A stretch of 64,000 bases of DNA from Sphingobacteriales bacterium (GTDB taxonomy: Bacteria; Bacteroidota; Bacteroidia; UKL13-3), in the NCBI GenBank assembly GCA_021298155.1, contig JAJTEN010000015.1:832-64831 (forward strand), given 5' to 3'. The translations under genes and the position numbers were made by a program. Shown here in pieces: positions 28,954 to 37,823 of the stretch. Within the stretch, counting starts at the first letter, position 1, and every line of letters starts with the position of its first letter. The notes beneath the pieces were generated by a model. It ran no database searches. It was not told the origin of the DNA and saw nothing but the letters and a program-made list of their open reading frames with translations.

Positions 28954-29694
28954 ATGCCTTCAAACATAGAAAATCTGCCCTTGTTTATTTTACTGGCCTT
29001 GCTTGCCGAAGTTTTGGGAACAGTTGGGGGATTTGGTTCATCTTTATTTTTTATACCTATTGCCAGTTACTTTTTGGATTTTCACTCTGTATTGGGCATT
29101 ACGGCATTATTTCATGTGATGAGCAACCTAACTAAGATTATTTTTTTTAGAAAGGGATTTGATAAAAAACTTGTATTATCTATTGGCATTCCAGCAGTAT
29201 TGTTTGTTACAATTGGTGCGTTTCTTAGCCAGTATGTGTCAACGGATGTTTTAGAGCTTTCTCTCTCCATCTTTTTGATTGTGGTAAGTTTAGTATTACT
29301 ACTTTTTAAACATCTTGAATTGAAACCTACTTTATTCAATTCTATTGGTGGTGGCGTATTTTCTGGTTTAATTGCCGGGATGTTAGGCACAGGTGGCGCA
29401 ATACGGGGAATTGTATTGGCTTCGTATAATCTAAAAATAGAGGCTTTTATTGCCACATCAGCCATTATAGATTTGGGTATAGATTTTAGTAGAAGTATCG
29501 TTTATTATTTAAATGGATATGTGCACAAAAATGATCTATATCTTTTGCCCATTCTACTATTTGTAAGTGTGCTTGGAACCTATATTGGAAAGAAAATACT
29601 ACTTAGGGTTTCTGATATACAATTTAAATCTATTGTTTTGATTTTAGTTTTGCTTACGGGGATATCTGCCCTTGTTAAAGTAATCGCAAATTAA
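28954..29694 (+). CDS. Sulfite exporter TauE/SafE family membrane protein
   Basis: 246 aa with 7-8 TM helices. Internal duplication with G-rich helices (GTVGGFGSS, GMLGTGGAIRG) is typical of TauE/DUF81. Confidence 0.8.
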   Translation: MPSNIENLPLFILLALLAEVLGTVGGFGSSLFFIPIASYFLDFHSVLGITALFHVMSNLTKIIFFRKGFDKKLVLSIGIPAVLFVTIGAFLSQYVSTDVLELSLSIFLIVVSLVLLLFKHLELKPTLFNSIGGGVFSGLIAGMLGTGGAIRGIVLASYNLKIEAFIATSAIIDLGIDFSRSIVYYLNGYVHKNDLYLLPILLFVSVLGTYIGKKILLRVSDIQFKSIVLILVLLTGISALVKVIAN

Positions 29695-29772
29695 TTCTAT
29701 TCATTTTATTCAGGATTCTACCTGAACCCATTTCTTTTTGTGGATAAATAGGATAAATCCTTAAATTAAAGC

Positions 29773-29780
29773 TATCTTTG
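29773..29780 (+). promoter_or_regulatory. Candidate -7 promoter box (TAtcTTTG) upstream of rluB-like gene
   Basis: Exact TAnnTTTG match about 100 nt before the ATG at 29881, implying a ~90-nt 5' UTR. Confidence 0.45.
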
Positions 29781-29880
29781 CGGGCTATTATTCACAATAG
29801 TCTGCTTAATTTTTGAAAAACTAAGGAATAAAGACCAGGGTTCAGGCACTTGCGATAATGGAAAACAAGACATAAAAGGA

Positions 29881-31329
29881 ATGAAAAGAGAGCAATCAGG
29901 CGGCAACAAACGCAGCCTATCTAGAACGGGTGCCGGCGCACCAAGAAAAAGTAGTACACCCCGAAAAACAAGTTCGGCAAGAGGCACAGGTAGTGTAGGT
30001 AACAAATTTAGAACAAGTAAATCGAGCGACGGAACTAGCTATGCGAAAAGAAGCAGCGGTTCAGATGAGTTTAAGCCAAGAACCGCACGTCCAACAAGCA
30101 GAACTGGCGCTTCAGATAAGCCATATGCCAGAAAAGCGGTTGGTTCAGACCGATATAAAAAAGAAGGTACGGGCAGAACATTTGATAAGCGCAGCAGCGA
30201 ACGAGATGCGCCAAGAACGCCACGTAAAAAAATGGGTATAAGCAGGGGCGATAAAAACGTTTTTCCTGAACGTACTAAACGCGCCTATGGCAGTGCCGAC
30301 ACCTTTAAGGATCGTAAAAACATGGATAGTTTTTATGATAAGAAAGAGAAGGATGCTGCTACACCAAGACCTAGAACCAGACGTACAGCTGATTTTGATG
30401 CTGCTGGTTTGGGTAAAGGTAAATTTACTAAGAAGTCGGAATTGAAAGGCTTTAAGCCAAGAGTTAGGGAAGAGAAAGAGGAAGATTTTAGGTTTAAAAG
30501 ACCTGGTTCAAGAGGCAAAGCAATTGACTTAGGAGAGAAAAAAGAATTTGTATCTAAATCTAAATCGCAGTCAAAAGAACGCATTACAGAAGATACACTT
30601 AGCATTGGAGGTGAAGTAAGGTTGAACCGATTTATTTCTAATGCTGGGGTTTGTTCTAGAAGAGAGGCAGACGAATTGATTGGAGCAGGTTTGGTAAGTA
30701 TAAATGGAACGGTTGTAACAGAATTGGGATCTAAAGTGAAGGCCGGCGATGTGGTGCGTTTTAATGGCGAAAAGCTTACGGTAGAAGCAAAGGTTTATAT
30801 ATTATTGAATAAGCCTAAAGATGCTATAACCACCTCTGACGACCCGGATGGCAGAAATACGGTAATGGATATTTTTGATGGTAAAATGCGTGAACGTATA
30901 TACCCAATTGGCAGATTAGATAGAAACACAACAGGTGTTTTGTTACTTACGAATGATGGTGAATTGGCGAATCGCTTAATGCATCCAAAATATGAAATTA
31001 ATAAAGTGTACAAGGCTACCTTAAATAAAAGTTTGAAGCCTGCAGATTTATGGACCCTATCTAATGGTGTTGAGTTGGAAGACGGATTTATTAAGCCAGA
31101 TGCTATTGCTCAGTCTGATGCCAAGAATAAAAATGTGGTAGGTATTGAGATTCATAGTGGAAAAAACAGAATCATTCATAGAATGTTTGAGCATTTGGGT
31201 TACACAGTAGATAAACTAGATAGAGTATTATATGCGGGTGTGGAGAAGGGAGCATTAAAGCGTGGAGAATGGAGAGAACTCAATGAAAAAGAGCTCAAAG
31301 CACTTAAAAGAAGCGTTCACATGAAATAA
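29881..31329 (+). CDS. rluB: RluB/RsuA-family rRNA pseudouridine synthase with ~240-aa basic low-complexity N-terminal extension
   Basis: S4 domain (VRLNRFISNAGVCSRREADELI) and catalytic block GRLDRNTTGVLLLTNDG lie in the C-terminal half. The N-terminal half is rich in K/R/S/G/T. Confidence 0.85.
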   Translation: MKREQSGGNKRSLSRTGAGAPRKSSTPRKTSSARGTGSVGNKFRTSKSSDGTSYAKRSSGSDEFKPRTARPTSRTGASDKPYARKAVGSDRYKKEGTGRTFDKRSSERDAPRTPRKKMGISRGDKNVFPERTKRAYGSADTFKDRKNMDSFYDKKEKDAATPRPRTRRTADFDAAGLGKGKFTKKSELKGFKPRVREEKEEDFRFKRPGSRGKAIDLGEKKEFVSKSKSQSKERITEDTLSIGGEVRLNRFISNAGVCSRREADELIGAGLVSINGTVVTELGSKVKAGDVVRFNGEKLTVEAKVYILLNKPKDAITTSDDPDGRNTVMDIFDGKMRERIYPIGRLDRNTTGVLLLTNDGELANRLMHPKYEINKVYKATLNKSLKPADLWTLSNGVELEDGFIKPDAIAQSDAKNKNVVGIEIHSGKNRIIHRMFEHLGYTVDKLDRVLYAGVEKGALKRGEWRELNEKELKALKRSVHMK

Positions 31330-31392
31330 TTCATGAATAGAAAAATTTTTAAAGAAAAAATAGATTAATTTCGCAACATTAATACATCAGAA

Positions 31393-31605
31393 ATGAACTT
31401 TACATTGTTATTTATCGGCAACCTAGGTGGTGGCGAGTGGTTATTAATTTTATTAGCCATTGTGTTTTTATTTGGTGGTAGGAAAATTCCTGAACTTATG
31501 CGTGGTATTGGCCAAGGTGTTCGCGAGTTTAACGAAGCTAAAAAAAGCGTAAAAGACCAAATTGAAGAAGGCATGAAGTCGAAAGACGGAGAAGCTAAAT
31601 CGTAG
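31393..31605 (+). CDS. tatA: Twin-arginine translocase TatA/TatE family subunit
   Basis: 70 aa with a single N-terminal TM helix followed by FGGRKIPELMRGIGQGVREF, the TatA hinge and amphipathic helix signature. Confidence 0.85.
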   Translation: MNFTLLFIGNLGGGEWLLILLAIVFLFGGRKIPELMRGIGQGVREFNEAKKSVKDQIEEGMKSKDGEAKS

Positions 31606-31620
31606 ACCTATTTCTTGCCG

Positions 31621-33048
31621 ATGACCTATTTTAGTTTAGCACACATACAAACCGATATTCAATCGGGTAAGATTACTTTGCCAGCACTGGTTAATCAATA
31701 CTTACAAACTATTGAACAAAAAAAGCATTTAAATGCTTTTTTGGAGGTTTTTGAACTTGAGGCCAAACAGCGTGCAGAAGAAATTGCTAGTAAAATGGCA
31801 AGTGGTACTGCAGGCAAGTTGGCGGGTATGGTTATTGGTTTAAAAGACAATATTTGTTATAAAAACCATAAAGTATCGGCTTCATCTAAAATTTTAGAAG
31901 GCTTTACCTCTATTTATTCTAGTACGGTTGTTGAGCGCTTAATAGCGGAAGATGCGATTATAATTGGTCGTTTAAATTGCGACGAATTTGCCATGGGTGC
32001 TTCTAACGAAAACTCAGCTTTTGGTCCTGTTTTGAACGATGCCAACAATGAGCGTGTAGCCGGTGGTTCTTCTGGTGGTGCGGCTGTGGCTGTTCAAGCC
32101 GGTATGTGTTTAGCTAGTTTTGGTAGCGATACCGGTGGAAGTATAAGGCAACCTGCAGCTTTTTGCGGTTTGTATGGTTTTAAACCAAGTTACGGTAAAG
32201 TATCGCGTTGGGGTTTAATTGCTTACGCTTCTTCATTCGACATAATTGGTCCTATTACCCATAGCGTATCTGATATGCAATTGTTAATGGAGGTAATTGC
32301 AGGCGCTGATGCGCATGATGCTACAGCCTCTCAGTTGCCTGCTGGTAATTTTACCAAGTTTGAACCCAAACAAAGCAGATATAAATTTGCCTATATAAAA
32401 GAGACTCTAGAGGCAGAAGGGATTGAGCCGGAGGTGAAATTAGCTACTGAAAAATACATTCAATCTTTGCTGGCACAAGGGCATGAAGTGCAGGCTTTAA
32501 GTTTTGATTTATTACCCTATTTAATTCCAATTTATTATACCCTAACTACGGCTGAGGCTTCCTCTAATTTGGCTCGTTTTGCCGGCATGCATTATGGGTA
32601 TAGAAGTACTGAGGCTGTAGATTTAGAGAGCACAATAAAAAAATCTAGGTCGGAAGGTTTTGGACCAGAGGTAAAAAGAAGAATCATGCTTGGTACCTTT
32701 GTGCTATCATCGGGGTATTATGATGCCTATTACAGCAAAGCCCAAAAGGTAAGACGTTTGGTTCAGCAAAGAACACAAGAGATATTTAAAGATTTTGATT
32801 TTATCCTTTCACCTACATCGCCAACAACGGCATTTAAGTTGGGTGAAAAATCTAATAATCCGATAGCTATGTATTTGGCCGATGTATTTACCGTACATGC
32901 CAATATTGCTGGAATTCCGGCTATTAGCATACCAAATGGCCATGACAGCAATGGAATGCCTATAGGTTTGCAAATTATGGCCAATATGCACGAAGACGAT
33001 AAGCTATTGGCTTTATCTGAGCAACTTTCTAAGGAGTGTTTGGCTTAA
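31621..33048 (+). CDS. gatA: Glu-tRNA(Gln)/Asp-tRNA(Asn) amidotransferase subunit A
   Basis: Amidase signature (GGSSGGAAVAV, GSDTGGSIRQPA). The ATG at 31621 is preferred over the TTG at 31615. Confidence 0.92.
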   Translation: MTYFSLAHIQTDIQSGKITLPALVNQYLQTIEQKKHLNAFLEVFELEAKQRAEEIASKMASGTAGKLAGMVIGLKDNICYKNHKVSASSKILEGFTSIYSSTVVERLIAEDAIIIGRLNCDEFAMGASNENSAFGPVLNDANNERVAGGSSGGAAVAVQAGMCLASFGSDTGGSIRQPAAFCGLYGFKPSYGKVSRWGLIAYASSFDIIGPITHSVSDMQLLMEVIAGADAHDATASQLPAGNFTKFEPKQSRYKFAYIKETLEAEGIEPEVKLATEKYIQSLLAQGHEVQALSFDLLPYLIPIYYTLTTAEASSNLARFAGMHYGYRSTEAVDLESTIKKSRSEGFGPEVKRRIMLGTFVLSSGYYDAYYSKAQKVRRLVQQRTQEIFKDFDFILSPTSPTTAFKLGEKSNNPIAMYLADVFTVHANIAGIPAISIPNGHDSNGMPIGLQIMANMHEDDKLLALSEQLSKECLA

Positions 33049-33129
33049 AGGCCATTTCCCTGTTTTTTATGTTTAAATCTTAATTACTTTCTGCTTCAAA
33101 GGCAGGAGCTATGATTAATTTGCCAGCGT

Positions 33130-34332
33130 ATGGTTGTGAAAATGAAAAGTGTATTATTGGTAATTATAAGTTTGGTTCAGGCTGTATACGTATATGCTGG
33201 TGCCGATGAAATTTACCAAAACAGGTTGCAGGCATTAAAGAGTCCTTTAGAGTTTGCGTATAATCCATCTGTAAAGCCTTTTATAGAGGAGTATTTAGCG
33301 AATCCAGAAGCTACCAAAGAGCTATTGAGTAGGAGTAAACAATTTTTTCCATTTATAGAAAAAACATTACGTGCAAAGGGTTTACCAACCGATTTAAAGT
33401 ATTTGGCGGCCACAGTTTCTGCTTTAAATCCTTCTGCTGTTAACAGTAGTGGGTCTAGCGGTTTGTGGATGATGGCATACCCAGTAAGCAAAATGTATAA
33501 GGTAAAAGTGAACACCTACATTGATGAGCGTCGTGATCCATTGCGATCTACACTTGTGGCGGGGCAACATTTTAAAGATTTGTACAGCATTTATAAAACC
33601 TGGCCATTGGCTATTGCCAGTTATGGTTGTTCTCCAGTAACCCTAAATAAGTGTATACATTTGAGCAACAACAGCTTTTATTTTTGGGATATTTATCCCT
33701 ATATGCCAGCGTTTTGTAAAGAGTTATATCCAAGAGTAATTGCCACAGCCTATATATTTAATTACTATAAAGAGCACGGTATTTCTTTGGTTGAACCAAA
33801 GCAAGAATGGGAGACCGACTCTATTTTGGTTAATAAATGGCTTTCTTTTCAGCAAATTTCTGCGGTTACAGAAGTAAGTGTGGATGAGTTACGTTTATTA
33901 AATCCAACGTTTAGAAAAGACGTAATTCCATTTAATGCCGAAGGTTATTTTGTGCGCATACCCAAGAGTAAGTCTAAGCGTTTTGAGATGTTGAGAGATT
34001 CTGTTTATAGGCCAATACAAGCAAGCGAAATTCAGGCTGAACCAATAGATAAAATGCAAACCTCACCGTCTGATGCACCTAAGGCAGCGGTGAAGCCATT
34101 TACCAAGAAGAAAGTAATTTATACCGTTAAAAAGAAAGACAATATTAACGATATAGCAGATTGGTATGATGTAAGTGCTTCTGAGATTAAATCGTGGAAT
34201 AAATTACGCAGCACGAAGCTAAATTATGGAAGAAAATTAATAATTTGGGTGGATGGAGCTAAATTGGGCTATTATAAGAAAATTAATAAAATGAGTCCGG
34301 CTCAGAAGAAGAAGATCAAGAAAAAGGATTAG
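33130..34332 (+). CDS. MltD-like lytic transglycosylase-domain protein with C-terminal LysM domain (catalytic Glu position substituted)
   Basis: Signal peptide present. The SLT-like block is LKYLAATVSALNPSAVNSSGSSGLWMM. The LysM repeat is YTVKKKDNINDIADWYDVSASEIKSWNKL. An alternative start is ATG 33142. Confidence 0.75.
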   Translation: MVVKMKSVLLVIISLVQAVYVYAGADEIYQNRLQALKSPLEFAYNPSVKPFIEEYLANPEATKELLSRSKQFFPFIEKTLRAKGLPTDLKYLAATVSALNPSAVNSSGSSGLWMMAYPVSKMYKVKVNTYIDERRDPLRSTLVAGQHFKDLYSIYKTWPLAIASYGCSPVTLNKCIHLSNNSFYFWDIYPYMPAFCKELYPRVIATAYIFNYYKEHGISLVEPKQEWETDSILVNKWLSFQQISAVTEVSVDELRLLNPTFRKDVIPFNAEGYFVRIPKSKSKRFEMLRDSVYRPIQASEIQAEPIDKMQTSPSDAPKAAVKPFTKKKVIYTVKKKDNINDIADWYDVSASEIKSWNKLRSTKLNYGRKLIIWVDGAKLGYYKKINKMSPAQKKKIKKKD

Positions 34333-34355
34333 GTGTTTAAGTTTAAAAATGCCAT

Positions 34356-34394
34356 AAAAAAAGCCGTCGCAATATAATTGTGACGGCTTTTTTG
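34356..34394. terminator. Bidirectional rho-independent terminator between convergent genes
   Basis: aaaaAAGCCGTCGCA-atataat-TGTGACGGCTTtttt: an 11-bp stem with one G-T pair, flanked by an A-run and a T-run. It lies between the LysM gene (+) and the RRM gene (-). Confidence 0.75.
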
Positions 34395-34413
34395 TTGAGT
34401 TCTTATAGGTATA

Positions 34414-34719
34414 TTAATAAGATCTTCTGTCTCCTCTGTCGTTGTTAAAAGACCTTCTTTCGCGGTTAGGTCTTTCTTCGCGTGGACGAGCTTCGTTAAC
34501 GGTAATGTTTCTGTCTTTGAAAGACTGACCGTTTAGAGAGTTGATGGCACTAGTTGCGCCAGCGTTGTCTGGCATTTCAACAAAACCAAATCCTTTGCTA
34601 CGGCCGGTAAATTTGTCGTTAACAATGTTAATACTGCTTACTTCGCCGAATTGTGAAAACAGGCCGCGCAACTCATCTTCAGTTGTGCTCCAGTTTAAAT
34701 TTCCAATGTAGATGTTCAT
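34414..34719 (-). CDS. RRM-type RNA-binding protein with Arg/Gly-rich tail
   Basis: 101 aa with RNP-2 (NIYIGNL) and RNP-1 (KGFGFVEM) motifs. Confidence 0.9.
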   Translation of the reverse strand: MNIYIGNLNWSTTEDELRGLFSQFGEVSSINIVNDKFTGRSKGFGFVEMPDNAGATSAINSLNGQSFKDRNITVNEARPREERPNRERRSFNNDRGDRRSY

Positions 34720-34739
34720 GAATAAATAAATATGAAATT

Positions 34740-34747
34740 CAAAGATA
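34740..34747 (-). promoter_or_regulatory. Candidate -7 promoter box (TAtcTTTG) for the RRM RNA-binding protein gene
   Basis: The + strand reads CAAAGATA, about 20 nt upstream of the ATG at 34719. Confidence 0.5.
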
Positions 34748-34837
34748 AAAATTCATTTGAGAATTCCAAGTTTTGTGATTCTAAAAAAAACAAAAACCAA
34801 TAATTTTACAATAAATTAGTAATTAAATGCTTACGCT

Positions 34838-37765
34838 TTATTTCTTTTTTATGGCTTCATAGAGCAGGTCTTGGATCCGTGTTCTTAAATTGCTTTGAGC
34901 CAATAAATTATTTTCTGTACTAGGGTAAACGCGGTTCGATAAAAACACATATACCAGGTTATGTTTGGGATCGGCCCAGGCACAAACACCAGTAAATCCT
35001 GTATGTCCGAAGCCAAGAGGCGAACAATTTTCGCCGGTTGGACTTGGTTTATTGGGTGTGGTTTCAGGTTTATCGAAGCCCAATCCCCTGCGTGATTTTT
35101 TGTTTTGTTTACTGGTAAATAAATGCACCGTGCTTGCTTTAAGAACGCGTACATTACCATATTCGCCCTCATTGAGTAGCATTTGCATAATAACACCTAC
35201 ATCATTGGCATTGCTAAATAAACCTGCATGTCCGCTTATGCCGCCCAACATTGCAGCTGTTTGATCGTGTACATGGCCATGTATAAGTTGTTTTCTGAAC
35301 ACTAAATCATTTTCGGTAGGGGCAATTGTGCTTTGCTTAACGCCATTTTTTAAAGGTTTAAAAGTTAAGCTTCCAAGCGCAAGTGGTTTATAAAAATGCA
35401 GATTCATAAACGCTTCGAAAGGCATATTGCTGATATTCTCTACAATTTTTCTAAGTAAAATAAATCCTAAATCGCTGTAGAGGTATTCGCCTTCTGGTTT
35501 TAAATCTACCATGGCAATTTGGTTAAAGATATCCTGCTCTATAGCCACATCTGCCCATAAGCTATCAGCCACTTCTAGGCTGTGTCTATTGGTTTGAACC
35601 GAACTATAATAGGTGGTATCTGGCAGTGGATTTCCCAATGTTTTCTTATAGAACGGAATAAATGCTGGAAACCCCGCTTGGTGTAATAAAATATCTTTTA
35701 TAGTAATTTTTTCTTTGGCAGTGCCACCTAAAAATGGAAGGTACAAGCCAATTTTATCGCTTAGGTTAATTTCCTTGTTTTCGTACAACTTCATAATAGC
35801 AAGCGTTGTTGCCATAACTTTAGTTAGCGATGCGATATCGTATAGGTGATGGTTTTGAACTGTTGTAGCTGCAGAATCGTAAGTAAATTTACCGAAAGAT
35901 TTGTTGTACAATACCTTGCCTTCTTGAGCTACAAAAATTTGGCAACCTGGGAAAGCCCTTTGTTTAATACCTTCAACAACCATGCTATCTATGAGGTTAA
36001 ATGGCGCATGATCTAAACCAACTTCCTCGGGCATTACCTGTTCAAAGCGGTTTAATGCGGTGGTATTTATTCCAGATGCCAGGGGAAAGTTTGGCGTAAC
36101 AGATACCGGCATTTTACCTTTGGTTCCGTATGCTCCCATAAGCGCTTGTGCGGCTAAATCGTTATATAATGGGAGGTCTTCGTAGGCTAAAATAACATTT
36201 CTAGCTTGGGTAAAATGTTGCAGAATATATGGATTTCCGTGGTTTACTAAAATGCATTTTCTACTGTTTAATAGTGCATTTACAAAAGCTATTTGAGGCG
36301 TAGTTAGTCCGAGTTTTCTACTTACAAACCTGCTGGTACTATGCAAACTAATAATTACTAAATTATATTTCTGCAACACTCCAAGCATAGAATCAAAGAC
36401 AAGCTGACTCTCATTTTTATCTATGCTATAGTAATCTGCCTTCAGGTAATTATTTAGGCTTTGTTGAAAAGAGGTAAATAGTTTATTTCCCAGTGCGATG
36501 CTGGCAATATGATAGGCTTGCGGATTTTCTAATGGAATTATTTGATCGAGTGTTTTGGCAACTACAATGCCCTGTTTAACTACTTTTTTGATCAGCAAAT
36601 CGGTAGAACAGCAATTTAAATCTGCGTGTAAGTTTTCCAGTTTAATGGGTTGGTATTGGTTCAAACCAGCCCAATTTTTGGTGATAAGTATTTTTTTACA
36701 AGCGCGGTTTACAATTTCTTCACTTATGTAGCCACAACTGATATATTCTTTAATCCAAAAAATGCTTTGTGGAACATCTTCCACGAAGAGTAGTAATTCG
36801 TTTCCGGCAGCGAGTGCTTTTGCGCTTACCTCCCCAGAGGCTGCGTAATTGGCAACTCCCTTCATATTCAGGCCATCTGTTACTACAAGTCCATCAAAAC
36901 CCATTTCGTTTTTCAGCAAATTGGTTACTGCCAGAGGAGAAATTGAGCTGGCGGTATTATTGGTAGTATCAATTGCTGGAACAAATAAGTGCCCAACCAT
37001 AATACTTCCAACATTGTTTTTTATAAGTTCTTTAAAAGGATATAATTCTAACGAGTCGAGACGTTTTCTGTTACCATTAATAACAGGTAAAGCATGGTGC
37101 GAGTCTGATTCTGTGTCTCCGTGACCCGGAAAGTGTTTGGCGGTGGCTAGTACATGATTATTTTGGAGCCCTTTCATGTAGGCAATACCGTGTTTAGCAA
37201 CTATATACTTATTTTCACCGAAGCTTCTATCGTTTATAACGGGGTTTGCTGGGTTATTATTAACATCTATATCTGGTGCAAAATTAACATGTATTCCAAG
37301 TCTTTTGCAGTGTTTAGCAATTTCGGCACCCATTTCTTCTGTGAGTTCGGTGTTGTTGGCTGCGCCTAAAACCATTTGCCTTGGGAAAACAGGTGTACTA
37401 TCTAGGCGCATACTTAAGCCCCATTCTCCATCTATGCTAACAAGGAGTGGCACCTTGGCCTGTTTTTGGTATCTATTGGTAAGAACAGCTTGTTTATGGG
37501 GTGTTCCCTTCATAAACATGAGCCCACCAATTTTATAATCGCGTACGAGTTTTTCAAGCTCATTTAAGTAATTACTATCTCTTTGCGTCCATACCGCAAC
37601 GGTCATCAATTGAGCGATTTTTTCATCTAGGGTTAAAGTATTCATGATAGAATCTACCCAATGATAATTTTTTTGCCAATTAATAGCGTAATTTTGTGCA
37701 ACAGCTTGAGAAGAGAAAAGCAGGGTTGCCAATAAAAACAGTGTACATTTGATATGCCGAATCAT
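34838..37765 (-). CDS. Fusion protein: GH3 beta-N-acetylhexosaminidase (NagZ-like) plus serine hydrolase / beta-lactamase-family domain
   Basis: The N-terminal half has GH3 motifs (KHFPGHGDTESDSH, GLVVTDGLNM). The C-terminal half has SxxK (ASLTK) and HTG motifs of class-C-like serine hydrolases. Signal peptide present. The likely start is the ATG at 37765. Confidence 0.85.
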   Translation of the reverse strand: MIRHIKCTLFLLATLLFSSQAVAQNYAINWQKNYHWVDSIMNTLTLDEKIAQLMTVAVWTQRDSNYLNELEKLVRDYKIGGLMFMKGTPHKQAVLTNRYQKQAKVPLLVSIDGEWGLSMRLDSTPVFPRQMVLGAANNTELTEEMGAEIAKHCKRLGIHVNFAPDIDVNNNPANPVINDRSFGENKYIVAKHGIAYMKGLQNNHVLATAKHFPGHGDTESDSHHALPVINGNRKRLDSLELYPFKELIKNNVGSIMVGHLFVPAIDTTNNTASSISPLAVTNLLKNEMGFDGLVVTDGLNMKGVANYAASGEVSAKALAAGNELLLFVEDVPQSIFWIKEYISCGYISEEIVNRACKKILITKNWAGLNQYQPIKLENLHADLNCCSTDLLIKKVVKQGIVVAKTLDQIIPLENPQAYHIASIALGNKLFTSFQQSLNNYLKADYYSIDKNESQLVFDSMLGVLQKYNLVIISLHSTSRFVSRKLGLTTPQIAFVNALLNSRKCILVNHGNPYILQHFTQARNVILAYEDLPLYNDLAAQALMGAYGTKGKMPVSVTPNFPLASGINTTALNRFEQVMPEEVGLDHAPFNLIDSMVVEGIKQRAFPGCQIFVAQEGKVLYNKSFGKFTYDSAATTVQNHHLYDIASLTKVMATTLAIMKLYENKEINLSDKIGLYLPFLGGTAKEKITIKDILLHQAGFPAFIPFYKKTLGNPLPDTTYYSSVQTNRHSLEVADSLWADVAIEQDIFNQIAMVDLKPEGEYLYSDLGFILLRKIVENISNMPFEAFMNLHFYKPLALGSLTFKPLKNGVKQSTIAPTENDLVFRKQLIHGHVHDQTAAMLGGISGHAGLFSNANDVGVIMQMLLNEGEYGNVRVLKASTVHLFTSKQNKKSRRGLGFDKPETTPNKPSPTGENCSPLGFGHTGFTGVCAWADPKHNLVYVFLSNRVYPSTENNLLAQSNLRTRIQDLLYEAIKKK

Positions 37766-37823
37766 ATTATGACACAAAATAGCAGAATAAAGAGCAGATA
37801 AAAAAATAAAGTGACTAGTAGGA

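Noticed and set aside
29788-29796. An exact TTATTCACA copy (the best DnaA-box-like variant seen in the 12.3-12.7 kb array) lies just downstream of the rluB-like -7 box.
   Set aside because: From my rough composition estimate, about one exact copy of this 9-mer is expected per 64 kb on both strands. An isolated copy is not evidence for DnaA regulation here. Only the clustering at 12.3-12.7 kb is notable.
29722-29846. A 9-nt inverted repeat (CCTGAACCC ... GGGTTCAGG) brackets the rluB-like promoter and 5' UTR at about 108 nt spacing.
   Set aside because: It is a single short repeat with a long unstructured spacer. It could pair only in a read-through transcript from the upstream gene, and there is no supporting second element. 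It is probably chance.
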